Positions 1 to 10,567 are shown, counted from the first letter of the stretch. The stretch is DNA of 64,000 nucleotides from Deltaproteobacteria bacterium (GCA_034670305.1 JAXMNT010000030.1:29026-93025), one strand, 5' to 3'. Translations and numbers: made by a program. Notes: a model not told the origin generated them from the letters alone.

Positions 1-126
1 AGCTCCGAGAGCTGGAACCAGATCATGGAGAACCCGCAGGCCGCGATGCAGCTCTACTTCGCGAACGAGCTCAAGGTCTCGGGCAACGCGATGCTCGCCA
101 CCAAGCTCCAAGAGATCCTCAGCTAG
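1..126 (+). CDS. SCP2 sterol/lipid-binding domain protein, 3' end (partial)
   Basis: Frame 1 reads ...NPQAAMQLYFANELKVSGNAMLATKLQEILS*, resembling the SCP2 C-terminal motif; lies next to a CoA-transferase. Confidence 0.75.
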   Translation, partial: SSESWNQIMENPQAAMQLYFANELKVSGNAMLATKLQEILS

Positions 127-132
127 CCGACT

Positions 133-1296
133 GTGCTCGCTGGTCTCTCTGGATCCGCGCTCGAGGGAGTGCGGATCCTCGACCTCTCACGGCTCCTCCC
201 GGGGCCGTTCGCGACGATGGTGCTCCGTGATCTCGGCGCATCGGTCGACAAGGTCGAAGACCCCCGCGGTGGGGACTACATCCGCAACATGCCCCCGCAG
301 GGACCCGACGGAGTCAACACCGTCTACTCCGTGCTCAACCGTGGCAAACGAAGCCTCGTGCTCGACCTCAAGACCGAGGAGGGGCGCGGGGTTTTTCGTT
401 CGCTCATCGGCCACTACGACGTGCTCGTGGAGAGCTTCCGGCCCGGCGTGCTCGCCAAACTCGGGCTCGGGTACGAGTCGCTCCGCGCCCTGAACCCGAA
501 GCTCATCTACTGCGCGATCACCGGCTACGGACAGGACGGCCCGGACGCGCACCGCGCCGGCCACGACCTGAACTACCTCGCCCGCGCGGGTGTGCTCTCG
601 TTCACCGGACCCGTGGGCGGACCGCCTCAGGTCCCAGGCGTGCAGGTGGCAGACATCGGCGGTGGTGCGCTCTACGCGGTCATCGGGATCCTGGCCGCGC
701 TCTCCGAACGCACCCGGTCGGGGGAAGGTCGACTCGTCGACATCTCGATGTGTGAAGGCGCGGCGACGTTCGCGATGTTTGGGTTCGGCGGCGTGAGCGC
801 GCAGTGGAAGCCGCCGCCCGGCGGCGACGTGTTGATGGGCGGCATCGCGCCCTACCGGACCTACCTCACGAAGGACGGCGGCGTGGTCGCGCTGGCGTCG
901 CTGGAACCGAAATTCTGGATCGCGTTCTGCACTGCCATCGGGCGTACGCCGGAACTGCAGGCGATGGCGCCTGGCCCGCACCAGCCGGCGTTGATGGCGG
1001 AGCTCGAAGGCATCTTCGCCGCGCAGACCACCGACGCGTGGAAGACCTTCGCCGCGGCCAACGACTGCTGCATCGAGGTCGTGCCGCACGCCGACGAGGT
1101 CTTCGAGGACCCGCAGCACGTGGCGCGCGGCCTGTTCGAAGAACGCGCGGGTGTGACCCACATGCGCACCCCGGTCGCGCCGATGGCCCCTGGTCCCGCA
1201 CCCACGCAGGGCGCAGACACGGACGCAATTCTCGAAGAAGCCGGCATCGACGCGACCGCGCGCGCAGCTTTGCGGACCGCTGGCGCCATTCGCTGA
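133..1296 (+). CDS. CaiB/BaiF family III CoA-transferase (alpha-methylacyl-CoA racemase-like)
   Basis: LDLSRLLPGP, LNRGKRS, ESFRPGV, ITGYGQDGP, GHDLNY motifs. Confidence 0.93.
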   Translation: MLAGLSGSALEGVRILDLSRLLPGPFATMVLRDLGASVDKVEDPRGGDYIRNMPPQGPDGVNTVYSVLNRGKRSLVLDLKTEEGRGVFRSLIGHYDVLVESFRPGVLAKLGLGYESLRALNPKLIYCAITGYGQDGPDAHRAGHDLNYLARAGVLSFTGPVGGPPQVPGVQVADIGGGALYAVIGILAALSERTRSGEGRLVDISMCEGAATFAMFGFGGVSAQWKPPPGGDVLMGGIAPYRTYLTKDGGVVALASLEPKFWIAFCTAIGRTPELQAMAPGPHQPALMAELEGIFAAQTTDAWKTFAAANDCCIEVVPHADEVFEDPQHVARGLFEERAGVTHMRTPVAPMAPGPAPTQGADTDAILEEAGIDATARAALRTAGAIR

Positions 1297-1331
1297 CACG
1301 CCAAGTGCAACCTGCGGGTAGACTGCAGCGC

Positions 1332-1964
1332 ATGGCACGGCCGGTAGATGCGGATTCCGCCGAGACCTACGAGTCGATCGTCGCAGCGGCTCGAACGCTC
1401 CTCGCGGAACATGGCGACGTGGACTCGGTGAGCCTGCGCAAGGTAGCGGCGGTGGCTTCGGTGAGTCTTGGCACCATCCAGTACTACTTCGAGAACAAGA
1501 ACGCGCTGCTCGAGGCGTGCCTCGATGGCTACTACGCGCGGCTGACCGCGCTCGTGGGTCGGCTGATCCCAGCGTCGACGGATCCCAAGCGAACTGGCCG
1601 CCCGTTCATCGAGTACATCGCGCGCGAGCTGTTCGACTTCGCCTGTCAGGAGCGGGCGCTGGTCAAACTCCGTGTCTCGACGAACGCCAAACGGGGCGAG
1701 CTGCACCCGAAGCGCCAGGCGGAGTTCATGGGCGGCATGATCAAAGCCGCTGCAGAGGGCCTCGAGCCGCACATCGAACTCTCGGGACCCGCCGCGCGCC
1801 TCGCGATTCAATCCGCCGCGTCCGTCATGTCGCGCATGGCTGTGCTGACCGAGTCCGAACGCAAGACGCTGACCGACCGCACGGGTCCCGAAGCCCACCG
1901 GGCGATCGAAGAGCACGTGGTGGAGGCCGTTGTCGCGCTGCTTCGACCGAAGCGGGCGAGTTAG
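1332..1964 (+). CDS. TetR/AcrR family transcriptional regulator
   Basis: HTH SLRKVAAVASVSLGTIQYYFENK; start moved to ATG 1332. Confidence 0.9.
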   Translation: MARPVDADSAETYESIVAAARTLLAEHGDVDSVSLRKVAAVASVSLGTIQYYFENKNALLEACLDGYYARLTALVGRLIPASTDPKRTGRPFIEYIARELFDFACQERALVKLRVSTNAKRGELHPKRQAEFMGGMIKAAAEGLEPHIELSGPAARLAIQSAASVMSRMAVLTESERKTLTDRTGPEAHRAIEEHVVEAVVALLRPKRAS

Positions 1965-2059
1965 AGCGCGGCCGCCTTGGACTGGCAAGGCCTTGACCGA
2001 ACGTCAGGACCCAGGGCAGGGGGCGCGACCACCGGCGCGATCTCCTGTAGGTTGCCACC

Positions 2060-2500
2060 GTGTTCTGGGTCCTCCTTCAAGCTCGGCCAGAGGCCACCCT
2101 CCCCGGAGGGTACGGCGCGGCACTCGTGCAAACGTTGCTGGCACTCGGTGGTGTGTGTGTGTTGGCGTGGGTGGTCCTGCGCTGGGCTTCGCGACGCGGA
2201 CTCGGTGTCGGTCGTGGGCAGCGCATCAAGGTCGTCGAGCGCGTCCCGCTCGATGCACGCCGCGCGCTCTTTCTGGTGGAGGTCGGCGGCAAGATGTTGC
2301 TGGTCGCGACGGGCGATGGTGCACCGACGCTGTTGACCGAACTGGATCCCGCCGACGTGCCAACGCCCGAAAAGCCAGCGTCGTTCGCAGACGTACTCAA
2401 ACGCATTCGCAAACCACTCGATGGCACCGAGGATCACAAGGGCTCGACCGATCCCGAAGACGAGGACTCGGAAGTTGACGATGTCTCCAAAGCGAGCTGA
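2060..2500 (+). CDS. FliO/MopB-like membrane protein
   Basis: One TM helix followed by IKVVERVPLDARRALFLVEVGGKMLLVA, typical of the FliO family. Confidence 0.7.
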   Translation: MFWVLLQARPEATLPGGYGAALVQTLLALGGVCVLAWVVLRWASRRGLGVGRGQRIKVVERVPLDARRALFLVEVGGKMLLVATGDGAPTLLTELDPADVPTPEKPASFADVLKRIRKPLDGTEDHKGSTDPEDEDSEVDDVSKAS

Positions 2501-4064
2501 CGTGCGCCTTCGGTCCTGGATCGTGGTGTTCTCTGCGCTCGCGACGTTGGGGTGTGGAGACGATGACGGAGGCGGTGTCGATGCGGGTCCGATCGACGCC
2601 GACAGCCTCGGGGCCGCAGAGCTCTTGCCGCAGATGACCGACCTCGACACGCTCGCGGCCGGCCGGGGCGACTACCGCTCGCTGCTCGCATCTTCCTACA
2701 ACCGCATGTCGACGCGGCCCGGCGACGAGACCTGGTTCGCCAACGGCGACAAGGGCCACTTCCAGAGCCACATCACGGTCGACGGTCGCGGAGAACACGT
2801 CCTGCTCGAAGTGGAGGGCGCGGGGGTGCTGGAACGCATCTGGTCCGCCAACCCGCAGGGCACCCTGCGCATCTACCTCGACGACTTCGAGACGCCCGCG
2901 ATCGAAGCCAACATGGAGGCGCTGCTCGGAGGCGACGACCCGCGCTTCCCCGAGCCGTTCGCGTACGTGGCCGCGCGTGGGTTCAACTTCTACTTCCCGA
3001 TCGGGTTCTCGCAGCGGATCCGCGTGACCACCGACGAAGGCGACGTCGACCGAGAGGGCGGGATCGATTCGCTCTACTTCCACGTCGGCTACCGGCTCTA
3101 CCCCGGCACCCCCGTCGAGACCTGGACCGCCGCCGCGCACGAAGCGCGGCTCTCGGAAGTGCGCGCGCTCGGCGCGGAGTTGCTGGCGCCGCCCGCGGCC
3201 ACCAGCCTCCGGAGCGCGCTGCTCGGTCCGATGCCCACCGTGTTCGAAGCGACCGGGGGCGCCGCCATCCGCGAACTCCGCATCGAGGCACCCGTCGACG
3301 AGTCCCTGCTGCGGAGCGCGGTGGTCTCGATCGCGTTCGATGGACGCGAGACCGTGCGTGCACCGCTCGGAGACTTCTTCGGGTCCGGCCCGGAGCTGCA
3401 AGTCTTCAAGACCTACCCACTCGAGGTCACGGCCGACCGCGTCATGATCTGCCGGTTCGTGATGCCGTTCCGCGACTCGGCGGCGATCACGATCGAGAGC
3501 GAAGGCGACCTCTCGTTCCCGGCCGAAGTGGCGCTCGGCGGCTGGACCTTCGGACCCGGTCAGTACTTCCACGCGAAGTGGCGGGACTTCGGCCAGATCG
3601 ACGCGCAGCCCCGCCGCGACCTCACCCTCGGCACCCTCACCGGCAACGGCCGACTGGTCGGGCTGCTCTTCGAAGTCGCCAACCCCTCGCTCGCGTGGTG
3701 GGGCGAAGGCGACGAGAAGATCTTCGTCGACGACGACATGTTCCCGAGCTGGTTCGGCACCGGCACCGAGGACTACTTCGGATACGCCTACACGGACCTC
3801 GAACTCTTCGACCGTCCGTACCACGCGCAGACTCGGACCGGCGCGGACACCCAGGTCGGCCACATCTCGAACCTGCGCCTGCACGTGCTCGACCCGATCC
3901 CGTTCGAGAGCCGCCTTCAGTTCGACATGGAACTCTGGCACTGGGCCGAGACCGAGCTCTCGGTGCAAGCGCTGATGTACTGGTACGGCGAGACCACGGA
4001 CGACTTCGAACCCCTCGAACCAGGCAGCATCGCCATCCCGGTCGAAGCCCTCGTCGGAGGCTGA
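2481..4064 (+). CDS. DUF2961 / glycoside hydrolase family 172-like lipoprotein
   Basis: Lipobox TLG-C; GVLERIWSAN, APLGDFFG, WWGEGDEKIFVD, GTGTEDYFG motifs. Confidence 0.85.
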   Translation: MSPKRADVRLRSWIVVFSALATLGCGDDDGGGVDAGPIDADSLGAAELLPQMTDLDTLAAGRGDYRSLLASSYNRMSTRPGDETWFANGDKGHFQSHITVDGRGEHVLLEVEGAGVLERIWSANPQGTLRIYLDDFETPAIEANMEALLGGDDPRFPEPFAYVAARGFNFYFPIGFSQRIRVTTDEGDVDREGGIDSLYFHVGYRLYPGTPVETWTAAAHEARLSEVRALGAELLAPPAATSLRSALLGPMPTVFEATGGAAIRELRIEAPVDESLLRSAVVSIAFDGRETVRAPLGDFFGSGPELQVFKTYPLEVTADRVMICRFVMPFRDSAAITIESEGDLSFPAEVALGGWTFGPGQYFHAKWRDFGQIDAQPRRDLTLGTLTGNGRLVGLLFEVANPSLAWWGEGDEKIFVDDDMFPSWFGTGTEDYFGYAYTDLELFDRPYHAQTRTGADTQVGHISNLRLHVLDPIPFESRLQFDMELWHWAETELSVQALMYWYGETTDDFEPLEPGSIAIPVEALVGG

Positions 4065-4074
4065 CCTCAGCCAG

Positions 4075-4113
4075 CCCCTTGCCCCTGCCCCTGCCCTTGC
4101 CCTTGCCCTTGCC
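4075..4113. repeat. (CCCTTG/CCCCTG)n hexamer microsatellite between convergent genes
   Basis: About 6 tandem copies visible; a similar run occurs at 63858-63891. Confidence 0.8.
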
Positions 4114-4149
4114 CGCGCCCAGCCGGTCCGCGGCCGCGCTTGCGACCTC

Positions 4150-5364
4150 TTACGAAGCCGCGTTCAGCCAGTAGGTTTTCATCTGGCCTTTGCCTTTGAC
4201 TTCGATGACGCCGCGTTCTTCGATCTCGAAGCCATCGAGTTCAGCCAGCGCCAGTGCGGTCTTCTCGCTCACGTGCACGCGGCCGGGCGATCCGTGCGAC
4301 TCCATGCGCGACGCGGTATTCACCGCGTCGCCCCAGAGATCGTAGGCGAACTTGGACTTGCCGATCACGCCGGCCACCACCGGTCCAGTGTGCAGTCCGA
4401 TGCGGATCTGAAGCGCTTCGCCGGAGTCCTCGGCGTACTGGGCCAGCGCATCCCGCATCTCGATCGCGAGGCGCGCCATCTCAGCCGCGTGGTCGTCGGT
4501 CGGTTCGGGGATGCCGCCGCCGCACATGTACGCGTCGCCGATGGTCTTGATCTTCTCGAGCCCGCGCGCGGTGACCAGATCGTCGAACATGGCGAACACT
4601 TCGTCGAGCATCACCACGAGCTCTGTGGCCGATTTCTTCTGCGCGAGCCCGGTGAACCCCACGAGGTCCGCGAACAGAATCGTCGCTTCGGTGAACGAGT
4701 CCGCGACGACCCCGGGGGATTCGCGAAGTCGGTCGACGATCGGCTCCGGCAGGATCCCGAAGAGCAGCCGCTCGGTCCGTTCGGCCGACTCCGAGAGCGC
4801 GTCCTCGGCGATCTCCGCGCCCTTGCGGTAGAAGACGATGAACACCCAGAGGATCGCGAATGAAGAGATCGCGTTGCCCAGCCCGAGGTAGAGGGTGACC
4901 GTCTCCGGAAGGGGATACGCCGGGGTGTGGTCCGCGTAGTGATGGAGAACGAAGAGCGCCGCGAATGTACCCACCGGCACCATCGCGAACAGTGCCCCGA
5001 TGCGGGTGCTGACCCGCGGCAGCATCAGACTCAGCGGCGCGACCGTCAGCAGGTAGAACTGAAACCCCACGCCCCAGCCGCAGTAGTACACACCGAGCGA
5101 TTGGTGAATGACCACCTCGCCGACCGAGAGCGCGAGGCCGAACGCCAGTTGTCCGCGCTTCATGATCGAGCGCGCGAAGACGAAGGTGAGGATGCTCAGC
5201 ACGTTGAGCGCGGCCATCGGCCAGATCTGCAGCAGGCTGAAGGTCACCAGCAAGGACGCATGGATCACGATCGCGACGCCGGTGATCGTCTCGTAGGGCA
5301 ACTGGGCGCGGCGCGTCTCGCGCGCTGCCCCGATGAGCTCCCGAACCGTCTCTGGCTGCCCCAC
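4150..5364 (-). CDS. Membrane-bound class III adenylate/guanylate cyclase
   Basis: About 6 TM helices, then ILFADLVGFT, KIKTIGDAYM, YDLWGDAVNTASRMES; the K/D specificity residues suggest ATP. Confidence 0.93.
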   Translation of the reverse strand: MGQPETVRELIGAARETRRAQLPYETITGVAIVIHASLLVTFSLLQIWPMAALNVLSILTFVFARSIMKRGQLAFGLALSVGEVVIHQSLGVYYCGWGVGFQFYLLTVAPLSLMLPRVSTRIGALFAMVPVGTFAALFVLHHYADHTPAYPLPETVTLYLGLGNAISSFAILWVFIVFYRKGAEIAEDALSESAERTERLLFGILPEPIVDRLRESPGVVADSFTEATILFADLVGFTGLAQKKSATELVVMLDEVFAMFDDLVTARGLEKIKTIGDAYMCGGGIPEPTDDHAAEMARLAIEMRDALAQYAEDSGEALQIRIGLHTGPVVAGVIGKSKFAYDLWGDAVNTASRMESHGSPGRVHVSEKTALALAELDGFEIEERGVIEVKGKGQMKTYWLNAAS

Positions 5365-5454
5365 GCGCGCAGACTATCTTAGTCCTGTGCCGCCGCGCGA
5401 ACCCGCGCTTCACCGCGCCTGGTTCCATGGGGAAGAACTCCGGCCATCCGAGGT

Positions 5455-8400
5455 ATGACTTCGGCGATGGACCGACACGCCGCAGAAGCGACCCTCGCCG
5501 AGTTCGGCTACGACGCCCGCCAGCTGGACCTCAACGCCCGCCACGGGTTCCTACAGTCTGCGAAGAACGGACCGCTGCGACTCATGGAAGCGTTCATCGT
5601 GTGCGGCATCCCGATGCGCGCCGCGTCCGACCGAGAGCCACCGATCATCAAAGCGGCCGAGTCTGGACTGCTTGCCCACGTGGAACTGGTGCTCGCCCAC
5701 GGTGGCTCGCTCGACACACTCGACATCGCAGGCGACACCGCCCTGCACACCGCCGTCAACTGGGGGCACGAGACGCTGGTCGAACAACTCTGCGCGATGG
5801 GGGCCAAGACGGATACATCCAACAAGGGCAACTGGAGTCCGCTGGGTCAGGCCGTGCACAAGGAGAAGGTCGCCATCGTGGAGACCCTGCTCGCGGCTGG
5901 CGCCGATCCGAACTTCGGGGGGACACCCAGCACTGTGCCGCTCGCATTCGCCAAGGACGCGGCGATGGTCGAACGGCTGCTCGCGGCCGGCGCGGATCCG
6001 AACGTCCTGCTCAGCCCAGCCACGGGCAACCACCTGCTGATCTCGCGGGCGCTCGGCGGCAAGTTGGATGTCGTGCGCGCGCTGCTCGCGCACGGCGTCG
6101 AGGACCGCCCGAACCGGGCCGGGTGGACCGCCGCGATGGTGGCGCACGATCCGGCGTGTTCCGTGAACGGGCTGGCGGCGCTCTTCCCAGAGGCGGAGCT
6201 GCCAGAAACGCCCCGCGCCGACACCCGGCTGCACCGCGCCGCAACCGCCGGTGCGGTCGACCAGGTGCGCGCGCTGCTCGACGAGGGCCTCGCGATCGAC
6301 GGACCGAACGCATACGGAACCACCCCGCTCTTCAGTGCGTGCTCGAAGAAGCACTGGGGCGTGGCCGAGCTGCTGCTCGAGCGCGGCGCCGACGCGTCGA
6401 TCGCCAACCACTTCGCGAACTCGGCGCTGACCTTTGCCGCCCAGGCCGGTGAGCCCCGCTGGGTGCGGACGCTGTTGCACGCCGGCGCGCCCGCCAACGA
6501 AGCGATCCCTCACGGGGAGGAAGCCCCGCGCTCGCTCGCGCTCGTGCTGGCTGCCGCCGCCGGTCACCTGGAGGTGGTGCGGGCACTGGTCCTATCGGGC
6601 GCGTCGTTCGCGAGCCGCGACAAGTTCGAACAGACCGCGGTGTTTCTCGCCGCGTCCAAGGGACACCCCGAGGTGCTTCGGTTCCTGCTCGATGCCGGCG
6701 CGGACGCCAACGTCGGCGGACGCGAGACCACGTCGCCGCTCCACATCGCGGTCGGCGCACAGCGGGTCGCCTGCGTGGCGCTGCTCTGCGAGCGCGGCGC
6801 GGATCTGGAGGCGCTCGAGACGCTCGGCCGCACGCCGCTGCACCGCATCGCGGACGCGTACAACAACACCAAAGTCGAGTACGGCGAAGTCGCACGCATC
6901 CTGCTCGAGGCCGGCGCCGACCATCTGCGTCTGGACGACTTCGGCCGGACCCCGTTGGACATCGCGATCACCACGAAGAACCAACCCGTCCTCGACGCGA
7001 TGCTCACGTTCTTGCTCGACGACTGGGTGGCCGAACACACCCGGCGGAAGAAGGTGGACTGGGCGGCGCTGGTGCCCGACGTCACGCCCGTGCACCTCAA
7101 GGCCTGGATGCACCGCGACGCGAGCGACGCGATCGAGGCACTGCTGGACACTGGCCTCGACCCGGGCCTCTTTGCGGTCGGGAAACATCCGCTGCTGCAC
7201 GCCGCGCTCGGTCGCAAGACTCCGGAGCTGGCCACGATGTTGTTGGATCATGGCGTGGATCCCTGGTGTGAGTCGGACACCGGCACCACGACATTGATGA
7301 TCGCTGCGGGCAAGGGGCACCTGGCGCTCGTGGAGCGGCTCTTGCGACTCGGCCTCGATCCGAACGCGATGACGGTCGACTACGCGTCGACCCCGCTCAC
7401 CCGGGCAGCGTCTTCGGGCAGCCTCGAAGTGGTCCAGGTCCTGCTGCAAGCGGGCGCCGAGGTGAACCCGTTGCGGGGTGGGTGGACGCCGCTGATGCGC
7501 GCGGCGCAGGCGAAGCACCCGGAGATCGTCCGGCTGCTGCTGGAGCACGGCGCGGACGCCAACGTCGTCAGCAGCCAGAAGACTTCCGCGCTCGATGTCG
7601 CGCAGAAGGGCAAGGCGGAGGACATCGTTGCGCTCTTGGCCGAGGTCACCCAGCCCGACCTCCGGGACGCGGCCGGCAGCACCGCGCTGCTGCGCGCGTG
7701 CGTGAAAGGAGACCTGTCGGTGGCGGCGCGGTTGCTCGAAGGCGGCGCCGACCCCGACGCGAAGAACGAGGACGGGGAGACGCCGCGCAGTGTGGGGGCA
7801 CGACGGGCGAAGGTGGCGGCGCTTCTCGGAGAGACACACACCCCATGGTCGGCGTCCACAGTCGATGCCGGCGAACCGTTCGTGAATCTGTGGCGGAGCG
7901 AGGGTCGGTCCGAGTTCCTCTCCGACAGCGGGCTTCCTCCGGACGTCGAGGCGCGCAGCGCGCGGGGCGACACCGCGCTCCACATCGCGGTGTTGCTGCA
8001 GGATCGAGCCCTGGTCGTGTCCCTGTTGGAACGAGGCGCGGATCCGAACGCGAAGAACACCGTCGGCGACACCCCGTGGTCGCTGAGCATGCGAAACCGC
8101 GCCCTCGAAGAAGCCCTGCGGGGGCACGGCGCCAAGATCGACGTGAACCAGCAGGTCGTCACGGCGACGAGCGACGAGACCTTCCGGCGAGCGATGTCGT
8201 TGGGCGATCTGCGCCGCGTGGCGGAACAGTTGGTGGACCAGGCGGTTCATCCGCACGTGCTCGGGCGGTGGTCGACGCCGCTCTCCCTGGCGGTACGCGC
8301 GGAGGACGCCGAGATGGTGTCGATGTTGCTCGAGATGGGGTGCGACCCCTTCGCCCGCGTGACGGGCCGCTCGCTCCTGGAGGAGGCGGCCGGCAAAGGG

Positions 8401-8655
8401 AACGCCCCGGTGCTCCGATCGTTGCTGGCCGGTGGGGTCCAGATCGACGAAGCGGCCCTCTCGACCGCCGCGCGGTTCGGGCGAGCGGAAGCGCTGGGTG
8501 TGTTGCTGGAAGCAGGCGCGAAGCCGGTGCTGGATCTGGAGCCGCTCGGCGCCGAGGCGCTGCGGGTCTGGATCGACGTGCTCTTGGAACGGGATCTCTT
8601 CGACGAAGCCCGGGGGGCGACCGCTCAGCTGCGCACCGTCGCGGCTCGAGGTTGA
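5455..8655 (+). CDS. Large ankyrin repeat protein
   Basis: Many GxTxLH/A...LLxxGADPN repeats over 1066 aa. Confidence 0.92.
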   Translation: MTSAMDRHAAEATLAEFGYDARQLDLNARHGFLQSAKNGPLRLMEAFIVCGIPMRAASDREPPIIKAAESGLLAHVELVLAHGGSLDTLDIAGDTALHTAVNWGHETLVEQLCAMGAKTDTSNKGNWSPLGQAVHKEKVAIVETLLAAGADPNFGGTPSTVPLAFAKDAAMVERLLAAGADPNVLLSPATGNHLLISRALGGKLDVVRALLAHGVEDRPNRAGWTAAMVAHDPACSVNGLAALFPEAELPETPRADTRLHRAATAGAVDQVRALLDEGLAIDGPNAYGTTPLFSACSKKHWGVAELLLERGADASIANHFANSALTFAAQAGEPRWVRTLLHAGAPANEAIPHGEEAPRSLALVLAAAAGHLEVVRALVLSGASFASRDKFEQTAVFLAASKGHPEVLRFLLDAGADANVGGRETTSPLHIAVGAQRVACVALLCERGADLEALETLGRTPLHRIADAYNNTKVEYGEVARILLEAGADHLRLDDFGRTPLDIAITTKNQPVLDAMLTFLLDDWVAEHTRRKKVDWAALVPDVTPVHLKAWMHRDASDAIEALLDTGLDPGLFAVGKHPLLHAALGRKTPELATMLLDHGVDPWCESDTGTTTLMIAAGKGHLALVERLLRLGLDPNAMTVDYASTPLTRAASSGSLEVVQVLLQAGAEVNPLRGGWTPLMRAAQAKHPEIVRLLLEHGADANVVSSQKTSALDVAQKGKAEDIVALLAEVTQPDLRDAAGSTALLRACVKGDLSVAARLLEGGADPDAKNEDGETPRSVGARRAKVAALLGETHTPWSASTVDAGEPFVNLWRSEGRSEFLSDSGLPPDVEARSARGDTALHIAVLLQDRALVVSLLERGADPNAKNTVGDTPWSLSMRNRALEEALRGHGAKIDVNQQVVTATSDETFRRAMSLGDLRRVAEQLVDQAVHPHVLGRWSTPLSLAVRAEDAEMVSMLLEMGCDPFARVTGRSLLEEAAGKGNAPVLRSLLAGGVQIDEAALSTAARFGRAEALGVLLEAGAKPVLDLEPLGAEALRVWIDVLLERDLFDEARGATAQLRTVAARG

Positions 8656-8716
8656 CGGTGCCGAGGTCGCGGCCCCTGGCGCGGTTGCCCGGACCTGGCT
8701 ACAACCACCGACCCTC

Positions 8717-10567
8717 GTGAACCGAAACACCGCCAAAAAACTGGCCCACCTTCTCGCGGATGAGTCCCAGCGCGCGCTCGAGCAGATGCGCATCTCGGGT
8801 CATCCCAAACCCCACTTCGTCTCGCAGCTGCTCCGTCACGCCGAGGAACGGCGCATGGAGGCCCGCTTCGGCGCGCTGATGCAAGAGGACCACACGACGC
8901 GCCGCAGCGGGCTCGTCGATGTGCGCGTCGGTTCGTACCGGCGCGATCAGGTGCGCAACGGCGGGGTCAAAGACAACAGCACCGACCTCGAGTCGTTCGA
9001 CATGTTGCAGCTGCCGCTCGGCGGCCCGGGCGATGGCATCCGCCATGCGCTCTGGAAGCTGACCGAAGCCAAGTACCGAGAAGCCTGCGACGACTTCCTG
9101 CACAAACGCGCGGTCGAGCTGAACTACCTGGACGAACACCGGGCACTGCCGGCGTTCGAGCGGGTGAAACCGGTCGTCGATCTCGACATCCAGACCCCGC
9201 CGCCCTTCGACGTCGATGCGTGGCGCGACTTCGTCCTGCGCGGCAGCAAGTCGATTCAACGCTTCCCGCTCGTGCGCGATGGCCACCTGCGGGTGCAGGC
9301 GACGAACATGGTGCGGATCTTCGCCAGCACCGAGGGCACGATGATCGCGCGCAGCCAGCCGCTGCGCACGGTGGAGCTGCACTTGTGGGTGCTCTCGCCC
9401 GACGGGTGGGCGGTGCCACAGACCCGCACCTGGTTCACCACCAACGACGACGAACTGCCGGACCTCGCGGAAGTCCGGCACACGATGAACGTGCTCTACT
9501 CGCGTTCCGTCGCGCTCGCGTCGGCGCCCATGATCCGCAGCTTCGCCGGGCCGGTGTTGCTCGAGCCGCTGCCGGCCGGGCTGATGGTGCACGAAGCGCT
9601 CGGCCACCGCCTCGAAGGCGACCGACTCCTGGCCGGCCAAGAGGGACAGACGTTCCGCGACCGACTCGGTTCCGAAGTGTTGCCGGTCGGCATCACGGTG
9701 CGCGACGACCCGCGCATGACGACGTTCGAGGGGCGCTCGCTGGTGGGTGCATTCGACTACGACGACGAAGGCGTGGCGAGCCGCGAAGCGAAGCTCATCG
9801 ACGATGGCAAGTTGGCCGGGTTTCTGACCTCGCGCAGCCCCATCGGCAAAAAGCACAAGAGCAACGGACACGCGCGCAGCGCCCACCACGCGCGGCCGAT
9901 GAGCCGCATGGGCGTCACGGTGGTCGAAGCGACCTCCGACGCGATGACCGAAGCACAGCTCTTCCAAGCGTTCCTCGAAGAGATCCGCGAACAGGAGGTC
10001 CCGTTCGGCATCCGCATCGTCGAGGCCTTCGGCGGCGAGACCTCCACCGAAGCCTACGACTTCCAAGCGTTCCTCGGAGAGATCGAAGTCGCCACCCGCG
10101 TCTACCCGGATGGGCGCGAAGAGCTCGTGCGCGGAGTCGACTTCGTAGGCACGCCGCTCAACGCGATGCGCGGCATCGTGGCGGCGGGTTCCAACCGGGT
10201 GGTCGACAACGCCTGGTGTGGCGCGGAGAGCGGCTACGTGCCTGTGAGCACGATCTGCCCGGCGCTCCTGGTCGACGAACTCGAGCTTCAGTCGAAGCCG
10301 ATGCGGCCGATGACGCAGTACTCGTACCCGGTGCCTTGGCAGTCCAACGCGGAGCCGAAGAAGAAGCCGAAGAAGCCGAAGAAGCCCGGCACGCCGAAGA
10401 AGCCCCGCAAGCCGAAGAAGCCCCGTGGGCCGAAGCTCGCGACTGAATTGTCGCGGAGGGGTGGGGCAGTCGAGCGAAGCGAGCGGTCGACCCCCGCAGG
10501 CATCCGACGAGGAGGCCGAGCCCAGCCCCGCAGCGACGCTCCCAGTTCAACGGGGAAGTCCAAGTGA
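8717..10567 (+). CDS. TldD/PmbA family metalloprotease with K/P-rich C-terminal tail
   Basis: HEALGH zinc motif, YDDEGV, SNGHAR, C-terminal WCGAESGYVPVS; start moved to GTG 8717. Confidence 0.88.
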   Translation: MNRNTAKKLAHLLADESQRALEQMRISGHPKPHFVSQLLRHAEERRMEARFGALMQEDHTTRRSGLVDVRVGSYRRDQVRNGGVKDNSTDLESFDMLQLPLGGPGDGIRHALWKLTEAKYREACDDFLHKRAVELNYLDEHRALPAFERVKPVVDLDIQTPPPFDVDAWRDFVLRGSKSIQRFPLVRDGHLRVQATNMVRIFASTEGTMIARSQPLRTVELHLWVLSPDGWAVPQTRTWFTTNDDELPDLAEVRHTMNVLYSRSVALASAPMIRSFAGPVLLEPLPAGLMVHEALGHRLEGDRLLAGQEGQTFRDRLGSEVLPVGITVRDDPRMTTFEGRSLVGAFDYDDEGVASREAKLIDDGKLAGFLTSRSPIGKKHKSNGHARSAHHARPMSRMGVTVVEATSDAMTEAQLFQAFLEEIREQEVPFGIRIVEAFGGETSTEAYDFQAFLGEIEVATRVYPDGREELVRGVDFVGTPLNAMRGIVAAGSNRVVDNAWCGAESGYVPVSTICPALLVDELELQSKPMRPMTQYSYPVPWQSNAEPKKKPKKPKKPGTPKKPRKPKKPRGPKLATELSRRGGAVERSERSTPAGIRRGGRAQPRSDAPSSTGKSK

